IMG/VR virus record: IMGVR_UViG_2974506496_000001
Span: 32,001 to 96,000 of that record
DNA: 64,000 bases
Strand: one strand, 5' to 3'
Source of the DNA: a virus
Lineage: Duplodnaviria > Caudoviricetes
In this document: positions 56,624-64,000 of the stretch, piece after piece
Layout: every line of letters begins with the position of its first letter
Position numbering within the stretch: the stretch's first letter is position 1
Program-made: the position numbers and the translations under genes
The notes under the pieces: model-generated
The model's database searches: none
Told to the model about the DNA's origin: nothing
The model's input: the letters and a program-made list of their open reading frames with translations, nothing else

Positions 56624-57163
56624 ATGTCTGACGTTATCGTTATTCCTCGTTTAAGTGTAGTAAAAGGCGGATCGTATCAGCAGGTCAGTGGTGGTGTGTT
56701 AGCACAACTGCGACTTATCCTTGGTCCGGATATCCGCAACGTTGTGTTGCATGGCGCCCAGCGCAGTCATGCTAAGTTGTTAGTGGATGCCCTGCGGGCT
56801 GAGTACGAGCCCTTTGGTGTGACGCTGCAGTTCAATGCCAAGCCGTTGTACGACACGCTGGATATCAGTTGGCCAGACAGTGATGCGGTGACGATCCTAA
56901 CCCTTCGCCCTGAAGAGTTTGATGTCGAAGCGCCGTTACGTCTGAGCCACGACACCCACATCGTGGTTATCAGCACCAAACCGATCCTGACCACCCAACT
57001 GCTCAATCTCTACGACCATGCCGTTATGAGCGGTGTGCACGTTACACTGTTCACCACTGGGTATGTTCCAGCCGGGATCGTGTTGCTTGAGCCGTTGGAA
57101 GGGTTTGTTTATCAGCCGATGATTGACAACGTTATCAAGACACGGGCGATGGCACACGTGTAA
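56624..57163 (+). CDS. hypothetical protein
   Basis: AGGT SD. Confidence 0.7.
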   Translation: MSDVIVIPRLSVVKGGSYQQVSGGVLAQLRLILGPDIRNVVLHGAQRSHAKLLVDALRAEYEPFGVTLQFNAKPLYDTLDISWPDSDAVTILTLRPEEFDVEAPLRLSHDTHIVVISTKPILTTQLLNLYDHAVMSGVHVTLFTTGYVPAGIVLLEPLEGFVYQPMIDNVIKTRAMAHV

Positions 57164-57256
57164 TTGGCGACATAATCTGCTGTTTATATGTTAACCGGCC
57201 TCCTGGTTATTCCGGGAGGCTTTTATAGCAGCATTCATTTTTTATCGAGGTTGGGT

Positions 57257-57607
57257 ATGGTTGGTATTGGCTTATCTATCTGCTTTCGTTTACGTGCAGA
57301 AGAAGTCGACCCTTTCTTGGTGGGGGTGTGTAATTACGATGTCCTGATCACCGAGGAGCGGGTGCCCAGTTTATTGAAAGAGTTGGAGGGGATGTTTAAG
57401 CGGGTGATGTATCGTTACGATCATCAGTGTGATTTCAAACTGGAAGGTAACCTGCTGGAGATCGTGTTGCCGTTTCACCCTAACCCGTTTGAAGGAAAGC
57501 TTGCACCGGCAATCACCGTGCGCATCCCTAAAGATGTGAACTATGCGGTGAATGGATGTATGAAAGAAACCCATGAAGTGTTGTATCCGCTGACCAAAGC
57601 AGCTTAA
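57257..57607 (+). CDS. hypothetical protein
   Basis: GAGG SD before ATG 57257. Confidence 0.7.
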   Translation: MVGIGLSICFRLRAEEVDPFLVGVCNYDVLITEERVPSLLKELEGMFKRVMYRYDHQCDFKLEGNLLEIVLPFHPNPFEGKLAPAITVRIPKDVNYAVNGCMKETHEVLYPLTKAA

Positions 57608-57619
57608 AGAATTTATAAA

Positions 57620-57629
57620 CCTACATTAC
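57620..57629 (+). promoter_or_regulatory. putative early promoter CCTACATTAC
   Basis: Recurrent motif. Confidence 0.65.
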
Positions 57630-57666
57630 TCTCGTGATGTAAGATAATTAACTAAGTGGGTGCATT

Positions 57667-58284
57667 ATGGCCTGGAATGGGTATGTCCTGGAATTCTTGG
57701 GCAATGACCTCGGGAAGTATTACCTGGGAATCAGTAACATCGATGCTAAGCAGCAAGATGAGTTGATGCTTGCAGCATTGCGTGCCGGTGGTCCTGCGCT
57801 ACCAGTAGAGATCCAAACAGCCTATAAACAGATGGCTGAGAAAGAAGTCTTGCTGTTTACCCATGTTCCGTTTAATGCGGAGTATGCGGTTGTGGAAGCC
57901 TGGCAGAATGATCACATTCATGCACAGTCTCTGAAAGCACGTCGGTTTCGATTCTCGAGTCATCGACGAGAGACACTGTTCCAATGTATCAATGCCGAAC
58001 AGATTGTCAGTAAGATAAAGCAATTGCGCAGTCGAGTGACCGTGCAAGCCGGTATCCGTTTTGATGGCTTTTATCATCCACAACTGATGATGACTGACCA
58101 ACAATGGGTGCAGGAGCTGGAGATGCTCAATCAACTGCAATCGCTTTATTATTATCTGGGCGATTTCATTGAGTTCTTTGATGAAGAGTTCAAGGAGTTC
58201 AAAGGCACCGAAAGTGTCAAGGCGTTACCTTACCGCAATCCGTATTTCATCAACTTAGGATTGCAGTTAAGTCAGATGTGTTAA
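57667..58284 (+). CDS. hypothetical protein
   Basis: First gene after promoter motif. Confidence 0.75.
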   Translation: MAWNGYVLEFLGNDLGKYYLGISNIDAKQQDELMLAALRAGGPALPVEIQTAYKQMAEKEVLLFTHVPFNAEYAVVEAWQNDHIHAQSLKARRFRFSSHRRETLFQCINAEQIVSKIKQLRSRVTVQAGIRFDGFYHPQLMMTDQQWVQELEMLNQLQSLYYYLGDFIEFFDEEFKEFKGTESVKALPYRNPYFINLGLQLSQMC

Positions 58285-58336
58285 CCCTCCTACCTTGGCC
58301 TATCATGGCCGCTTACTAAAGCAAAGAGAGATTACC

Positions 58337-58966
58337 ATGAATATCATCAACACTGTATGTGAACTGACCAACATCTCCATCGCCATCAGCATCACCCATG
58401 ATGAGGAGGTGAACTCCACCCTGGTGGCATTGGATATCAACAATGTCCCGTTCTTCAGCTACCAGTGGGGTCAGGTAACCAAAGGTCAGCGTAAAGTCCA
58501 GCTGGGTGCTACAAGCCACGGGCTGAGTGCATTGTATCTGCACCTGCATCACAATGTCATCGACAGCCGTAACACCGACATCGCCCAGTGCTATCTCACC
58601 AACCGGGATGAGATCTTAGCCGTCGTGCGAGACCTGGGTGTGATCTTCAATGGCACTGAGTGGATTGAGAAACTCGATATCTCGCATTACCGTCTGGCAA
58701 TCGAAGAGCAGTTCCCAGGGGAAACCAAAGCAGTGATGGTGCTGACCAGCAAGGGCGATGAACACCGTGCGGCGTACACTTTCACTGCTAACAATTTAGG
58801 TGACCTTATGGGGACCGGGATCAAGCGGGGTGAAACGGTGGTGTTAAGCGGACATAACAGCCGGTTTGTTCACGACTACGCATCCACTGTAGTGCCGCCT
58901 CAGATCAGCGATGTCATCAGCAGTCATGCCGATACATTGAAAGCCCGTTTTCCGGCGTTAGTTTAA
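58337..58966 (+). CDS. hypothetical protein
   Basis: GAGAG SD before ATG 58337. Confidence 0.75.
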   Translation: MNIINTVCELTNISIAISITHDEEVNSTLVALDINNVPFFSYQWGQVTKGQRKVQLGATSHGLSALYLHLHHNVIDSRNTDIAQCYLTNRDEILAVVRDLGVIFNGTEWIEKLDISHYRLAIEEQFPGETKAVMVLTSKGDEHRAAYTFTANNLGDLMGTGIKRGETVVLSGHNSRFVHDYASTVVPPQISDVISSHADTLKARFPALV

Positions 58967-58999
58967 TCTCCCCTTTTCCTTCTATTTAGAGAAACCGTT

Positions 59000-60640
59000 A
59001 TGCACATTCAAGATATGACCTTCCGCATTCTCGTGGCTACCGATACCGCTGTTTCATCTACCGGGAACGTTTTGTATCTCGTTAATCAAAATGATGAGGT
59101 GGTCATCGAACACTCCATCACCGATGAAACATTAAACGACATCAGTAATGGCGGGGATTACGATAGCGACGAGTTTAAGAAAGCGGCGGCGGCTTATCTG
59201 TATACTTGTTACTTGTATACGCGCGACTACCCTGAAGGTAAAGGTGCGGCAAGCTATGACTTCCATCGCACTGCAGGTATTATTCTGATGCAGTTTGTTG
59301 AAGAAGAAAGTCTTGGTGAATTCGAACCCGATGACTGGAACCTGGCAGAGGTCATGGTCCCTGGGTTACCAGAAAGCACCCGGGCCTTCGTATTCAGTAA
59401 TGACGGCTCTGACATTAACATCCGTATCTATCGTCAAGACCGTGGGTTGGTGAACGATCGTCTGTTCACCTATGGTGATGAAGAGACGGTTCCTTCTATT
59501 GAAGAGATGCTTGCGCAATGGGATGCTGATGTCGCTCCTACCGCCGATCCGGTACAGGAAAACGCAGCCAGCATCTCGTTTGGCGACGTCTCCTTTATTT
59601 ACACCCTGGACATGAGCAAGGAAGGACGCGAGCAACGTAAAGCTATCATGCAGGTGGTAATTGGTGAGCGCCTGGTGGCACAGCAGAAAGTCCATGAGAA
59701 CACCCAACCGCTCATGTATTACATGATGGAAGTGTTCAACATGCTGGCGCTGCGCATGACAGTGGGTCCGGTAGAAGGCATTAATGCTCAAGACCGGGTA
59801 ACCTTACTGACGGCTATCAGCGGGTTTGTGGGCGGGCATTTAGCGATGCCTGATCAGGTGCAAATCGCAGAAGGTATGCAGTACATGCACGAAGGTGCGA
59901 TCAGTGATGAGGTAACCTACATGGTTTCACATCAGTTGATTGCCGACAACCATCTGCGGGCAACCTACCAGTTCAATACCGTGGTCGATGAAACGATGCG
60001 TCGTTCAATCACCATGTGTGATGAAGTGAGCTACCTGGAAAACCCGATGAGTCCACAGGCGTTCTTCACTGCGTATCAGGCAGACCTCAGTCGTGAGCTG
60101 AAACTATCTCGGTTGTTTGACATCGCAATGATTGCGGCCATCGATCGGGGTCAGGGTCTCGGTAAAGATAACGAACTGCTGTACCGTATCAAAGAAGACA
60201 TGAAGTACTTCAAAGAGATGACACTGCATTCACCGGTGATCATGGGACGGAAAACGTATGAGTCGTTACCGAACCCGTTGGTAGATCGCCTGAACATCGT
60301 TATCACTACTGCTCCGACCAACACCTATACCACCCGCTCAGGTGTGGTGTTCGTCAACAGCAAAGAAGAAGCCCTGCTGCACGCGAAGGGTTATCTGGCT
60401 GAACACGGCGGTGATAAGATCTGGATTATCGGGGGTGCGAGTATCTATGCTGCATTCCTGCCAGATGCCAAAGAGATCCACCTGACCACCATCGGTACTG
60501 AACGTGAAGATGCTGATACGTTCTTCCCGGAAGTTGATCTGCGTCAGTTTAACGCTGCACGTCAGTTTGAGGAAGACCAGGTGTTCGAGCGTGAAGGTGA
60601 AACCTTTGGCTACAACCGCGTCATCCTGACCCGTAAGTAA
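59000..60640 (+). CDS. folA: dihydrofolate reductase fused to a ~374-aa unknown N-terminal region
   Basis: From 60122: IAA...GLG..N.L...KEDM..FK..T....VIMGRKTYES, R.NIV.T, IIGGA.IY, ADTFFP. Confidence 0.9.
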   Translation: MHIQDMTFRILVATDTAVSSTGNVLYLVNQNDEVVIEHSITDETLNDISNGGDYDSDEFKKAAAAYLYTCYLYTRDYPEGKGAASYDFHRTAGIILMQFVEEESLGEFEPDDWNLAEVMVPGLPESTRAFVFSNDGSDINIRIYRQDRGLVNDRLFTYGDEETVPSIEEMLAQWDADVAPTADPVQENAASISFGDVSFIYTLDMSKEGREQRKAIMQVVIGERLVAQQKVHENTQPLMYYMMEVFNMLALRMTVGPVEGINAQDRVTLLTAISGFVGGHLAMPDQVQIAEGMQYMHEGAISDEVTYMVSHQLIADNHLRATYQFNTVVDETMRRSITMCDEVSYLENPMSPQAFFTAYQADLSRELKLSRLFDIAMIAAIDRGQGLGKDNELLYRIKEDMKYFKEMTLHSPVIMGRKTYESLPNPLVDRLNIVITTAPTNTYTTRSGVVFVNSKEEALLHAKGYLAEHGGDKIWIIGGASIYAAFLPDAKEIHLTTIGTEREDADTFFPEVDLRQFNAARQFEEDQVFEREGETFGYNRVILTRK

Positions 60641-60695
60641 TTTAACCCCCTGGGGAGGCAACTCCCCATTCTTGTCTATAAAGGAAACATTTCTC

Positions 60696-61328
60696 ATGGC
60701 GATTGAAAAAGCAGCAGTACCGGCAAACGTAGTCGAGATCACTGGCAAGACCCTGGACCAGGCCCGCGGTGATATCCCGAACGCTATCATGTTACTGGAC
60801 AGCAATACGGTCGATGTGCGCTACACCCCAGCATTCAATAAACTGCCTGCTGATCTGCAACACGTCATCCTGGTTGCACAGATCGGCAACCCAGTAATCT
60901 CATTAGAGCGCCCACTGGATGCGACCGGAAAGGTTGATGCAACCAACCCGAACATGGTGATTGCCGCGGCAGTGCAGCAAGATGGCCAGCCACTGGGGAT
61001 CTATCATCCAGCCTTGATGGGTCGTCTGCGTCAGATTCCAAATGGCTATCTGCTTTATACCCACTATCACACTAACAGCAAAGCAGACTTCTCTTATCCG
61101 GCGTTTGAGAAAGCCTTGGCGGAATATTGCATGCTGGCGTTTGCGTTAGGTACGAAAGAGCAACCGGTGGTAATTAACATGCCCGGTCTGCAATGTGCCA
61201 ATAGCTTCGTCTGGGAAGAGGTCAACGGTGAACGTGTCCCAACACTGAGCCCGCGTCATCTTGAGCGTGTGAAAGAAGTGATTGCTAACACCATGTTCGC
61301 CGGGTCAACTGTTTATCTGGTGTTGTGA
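60696..61328 (+). CDS. divergent macrodomain-like protein
   Basis: I.G..LD N-terminus; LYT.Y....F.Y.AF..AL; I.MPGL.C....W....V..VI. Confidence 0.45.
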   Translation: MAIEKAAVPANVVEITGKTLDQARGDIPNAIMLLDSNTVDVRYTPAFNKLPADLQHVILVAQIGNPVISLERPLDATGKVDATNPNMVIAAAVQQDGQPLGIYHPALMGRLRQIPNGYLLYTHYHTNSKADFSYPAFEKALAEYCMLAFALGTKEQPVVINMPGLQCANSFVWEEVNGERVPTLSPRHLERVKEVIANTMFAGSTVYLVL

Positions 61329-61519
61329 TGAAAGCGTGTCCGCTCTGTGCTTCATCGGCTAAGACCTACAAATACGCGTTAGTGTTCTGGGGTGTGCGTT
61401 GTACCAGTTGCATGCTGTTCCTCAAAGATATGAACACCTCTGAGGCAGCGGCTATTCGTCAGTGGGATACACGCATTACCCCCGAAGAGAAAGCAGCAAA
61501 GAAACGCAAGAAAGCTTAA
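61328..61519 (+). CDS. Lar-family restriction alleviation-like zinc ribbon
   Basis: CPLC...V.C..C....EAAAI..WDTR. Confidence 0.7.
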   Translation: MKACPLCASSAKTYKYALVFWGVRCTSCMLFLKDMNTSEAAAIRQWDTRITPEEKAAKKRKKA

Positions 61520-61540
61520 CCCCTGGATAAAGGAGTCGTC

Positions 61541-61855
61541 GTGCTGAAAAGAACAGTACTGAGTTTGGTCACCTGCTTTATGCTATCGGGCTGCGGAATG
61601 GCAGAATCCGAAGATGTGCCGGTCAAATCGGTTGAGGGTGTTGTGATCAGCGATGAGGTCTGTCAAGTCGGTCAAAAGTGCGAGGCAGTGATTGCCCGCG
61701 ATCAAACCGCCTGGACATACCAGATTGCAGAAGGGCCTTTTAAGAAAGGCACGGTGCTTTATAAAGCGTGTGCATATCACCGTACACACGAGCGCTGCAG
61801 TTCGGTCTGGTCACCCACTCCCGATCGGTTTATTCCGCCGGAGTCAAAGAACTAA
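61541..61855 (+). CDS. lipoprotein
   Basis: LSGC lipobox; AAGGAG SD. Confidence 0.75.
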   Translation: MLKRTVLSLVTCFMLSGCGMAESEDVPVKSVEGVVISDEVCQVGQKCEAVIARDQTAWTYQIAEGPFKKGTVLYKACAYHRTHERCSSVWSPTPDRFIPPESKN

Positions 61856-61915
61856 GTTGTAACCACGGCGTGTCATGCGCCGTTTTAATTTAACCCTGCT
61901 GTAAGGTAATTCACC

Positions 61916-63004
61916 ATGAAAGACTCAGAACACCAAGATACTACAATTGATAATGTCTCTCAGTATGCGGGAGAACTGGCGGACCTGATTGAAGAGTTTG
62001 TGGCAGACCGATTTACCTTAATGGATGATGCGGTTCTTGAATCCCTTTATGCCGACTTACCGGATGTCACCTATTTGAAAGGTGTGGTGAAAGGCTTACG
62101 TCGAAACCTGATGCGACAGGCAGCATCGATCAATGTCGAAGACGCATACCCGAAAGTTATGCTGTTTAAAGAACAACCGTTAACCGCTGAGGATATCAAA
62201 GAGATTATCCAGGCCGATTGCCCGGACATGCCGGCGGATGAAGTTACACAAACCGTAACAGAAGTCATGACGGCAACTGATGAAGACGACGATGACGATA
62301 ATAGCGAAGCGCTGCGTCTACGGGAAAGCAACAAACTCGAACATATCCCAAGCCTTGATGAACTCATGCAAGCGGATGGGAAAGGCTGGGGTTCGGTGAG
62401 TGCGGTGATCACACCCCCGCCAGTCATTGAACCTGCTCGTCCTGCAAGACCCTCACGCGCTGAACGCTTTGGTACCTCAAACGTTGAGTTAGCTGAATTA
62501 CTGAGTCAGGCCAAGCCGGGCAGTGTGTTCTCTATTGACACCATTAAATCTGCAAAAGATAAAAACCTGGTGTTGGTGAAATCGCCCGAGACAAAACACT
62601 TTGAACCCCTGCGTCTGTTAGAGCGTTCTGATCCGCAATATTACCAATACATGTGGCCAGCATTATTCGAAGCCCTGGAGGCTGTGTTGAATGACACAAG
62701 CTTAACGGTGAATCGGATGCGTCGTCTGGATGAAGAGATGCTTGCACGCTTTGGTGATACCTTAGCTGCCGCGGTCACGACTATCCTGAGTATTGGTAAT
62801 CACGATCTGTTGATTAAAGAGAACGTCAACTATTTCATGCAGCAGTGTAATGACCGTGGACTGGATATCAAACTCTATATGGGTGCTAAGGTTTATAAGC
62901 AAGGTCGCTGGATTAACACCTGGATCGACGCAACATTACAAACCCCTAAAGGCAAGTTTATCTTTGGTACCCCGGAGGTGGATGTGGTATGGCAAGCGAA
63001 ATGA
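61916..63004 (+). CDS. acidic hypothetical protein; C-terminal domain shared with 62989
   Basis: W....L.TPKG.F.FG versus W....I.TKKG.I.YG. Confidence 0.8.
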   Translation: MKDSEHQDTTIDNVSQYAGELADLIEEFVADRFTLMDDAVLESLYADLPDVTYLKGVVKGLRRNLMRQAASINVEDAYPKVMLFKEQPLTAEDIKEIIQADCPDMPADEVTQTVTEVMTATDEDDDDDNSEALRLRESNKLEHIPSLDELMQADGKGWGSVSAVITPPPVIEPARPARPSRAERFGTSNVELAELLSQAKPGSVFSIDTIKSAKDKNLVLVKSPETKHFEPLRLLERSDPQYYQYMWPALFEALEAVLNDTSLTVNRMRRLDEEMLARFGDTLAAAVTTILSIGNHDLLIKENVNYFMQQCNDRGLDIKLYMGAKVYKQGRWINTWIDATLQTPKGKFIFGTPEVDVVWQAK

Positions 63005-63306
63005 TTGAATGGGAAAAGCTCTTTAACTCGCTAAAGGCGATTGAACAAAGCGACCAGGTCTGTGATTTACCGACGCGCAATCTGTCGGTCATGATGGCAC
63101 AGCGGCGCCTCAAGGCTGGATTGCAACGCTCAGTGAAACGGGTGGACGCGATCATGAGCGCACAGGTACAAACCGACGAAGCGTACGATGAACTGATGCA
63201 TCGACTGCAAGTGCTGGCATTGCCTGTCACTGTGACGCGCTTTACCGGTGGGAAGTGGAATCATGGAGTGATCAGAACCAAGAAAGGTACGATCATGTAT
63301 GGTTAG
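62989..63306 (+). CDS. hypothetical protein
   Basis: See 61916. Confidence 0.7.
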   Translation: MASEMIEWEKLFNSLKAIEQSDQVCDLPTRNLSVMMAQRRLKAGLQRSVKRVDAIMSAQVQTDEAYDELMHRLQVLALPVTVTRFTGGKWNHGVIRTKKGTIMYG

Positions 63307-63619
63307 AAATAACGTTGTCTCTATTTATAAACCGACGTTTCGTAAACGTCTCGCTGTCGACCCGATGGTAGTCATCACCGAGTTGCAGCATGTCTTTACA
63401 GTGATTGAACTGTGTAAAGCATCTAACAAATATGACCATCGTGTGTATGGTAAATTGCTGAAAGATGAGGTACAATTAGTTCGTGACTGTGCAGCGGTGC
63501 TTGTACGACATGTGCAGACACCATCCATCGTGCAGATGTTGCAAACCGCAATTACCCACGAGAAGCCGGTTGAGTTGATTGCAGCCCGACACGGTGAGTT
63601 TTTACAATTGATAAATTAA
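63299..63619 (+). CDS. hypothetical protein (similar to 5017)
   Basis: AAGG SD. Confidence 0.7.
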   Translation: MVRNNVVSIYKPTFRKRLAVDPMVVITELQHVFTVIELCKASNKYDHRVYGKLLKDEVQLVRDCAAVLVRHVQTPSIVQMLQTAITHEKPVELIAARHGEFLQLIN

Positions 63620-63645
63620 CCCCTGAGTATAAGGAAAATAAAAAT

Positions 63646-63936
63646 ATGGCTAAGAAGATTACCGCAGCAGCTTTAGAGAAAGACATCTTTGATCACGAAG
63701 GCATCCGTGTCATCTTCCGTGTACCAACTGGTAAGCGCATTGCTGAACAGAAATACACTGAAGTCTTCACGAATCGTTCGCCAAAGAACTACACGTTAAA
63801 AACCTTACGCGAACGCATTGTCCGTGTGGTGGGTGAGAACATTGAGTTCTCCATCATCACAGGCGGCGGTGAGATCGCAAACGGCAATTACAAGATCGGT
63901 AACTTACGCACCACCTACGAAGTAATCGAAGAGTAA
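63646..63936 (+). CDS. hypothetical protein
   Basis: AAGGA SD. Confidence 0.75.
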   Translation: MAKKITAAALEKDIFDHEGIRVIFRVPTGKRIAEQKYTEVFTNRSPKNYTLKTLRERIVRVVGENIEFSIITGGGEIANGNYKIGNLRTTYEVIEE

Positions 63937-63940
63937 TAGA

Positions 63941-63993
63941 CGGCATAAGAGGAGGAGCAAACGCTCCTCCTCTGTTTATGCTGCTTTTTTTTT
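63941..63993. terminator. bidirectional hairpin element CGGCATAA-hairpin-TTTATGCTG
   Basis: Reads hairpin+TTATGCCG on the minus strand and hairpin+TTTATGCTG plus T tract on the plus strand. Confidence 0.8.
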
Positions 63994-64000
63994 ATCCTGC

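Noticed and set aside
533-63528. Minus-strand and nested alternative-frame ORFs in the track
   Set aside because: They overlap convincing + strand genes or regulatory gaps and show no recognisable motifs, so they are treated as shadow ORFs.
3252-63993. CRISPR array or REP/MITE family formed by the hairpin repeats
   Set aside because: Copies are dispersed singly at gene ends with variable stem sequences. No regular spacers, target duplications, cas genes or transposases were seen.
1-64000. Stop-codon reassignment
   Set aside because: Conserved genes are full length under the standard code, and TAA, TGA and TAG all end genes.

Overview
A 64-kb segment of a jumbo bacteriophage, most likely phiKZ-related and infecting an enterobacterium (the AmsF/WceF-like gene points to Erwinia/Pantoea; this is an inference). 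About 110 densely packed genes lie on the + strand. Recognisable genes: nucleotide metabolism (thyA, tdk, nrdB, a DHFR fusion, MazG-like and HD hydrolases), RNA repair/ADP-ribose handling (rtcB, kptA/Tpt1, macro-like, ART-like), proteolysis (hslU, sspB, HslV/proteasome-like pair), an SLT lysin, a LemA/TPM-like pair, an orphan HigA, a Lar-like protein and likely virion proteins. Non-coding signals: 8 CCTA(C/T)AT(T/C)AC early-promoter-like motifs, about 19 hairpin+TATGC(C) elements and about 20 TTAACC motifs before start codons. Top observations: (1) an ORF-track-missed 47-aa gene resembling a free-standing NrdA C-terminal redox tail (..DCEGCKI); (2) an HNH endonuclease flanked by two copies of the nrdB 3' end; (3) a protein carrying an isolated RNA polymerase beta' fragment; (4) the hairpin-TTATGCC element. 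All homology calls are by-eye motif recognition; no searches were run. No tRNA, rRNA or CRISPR array was recognised.
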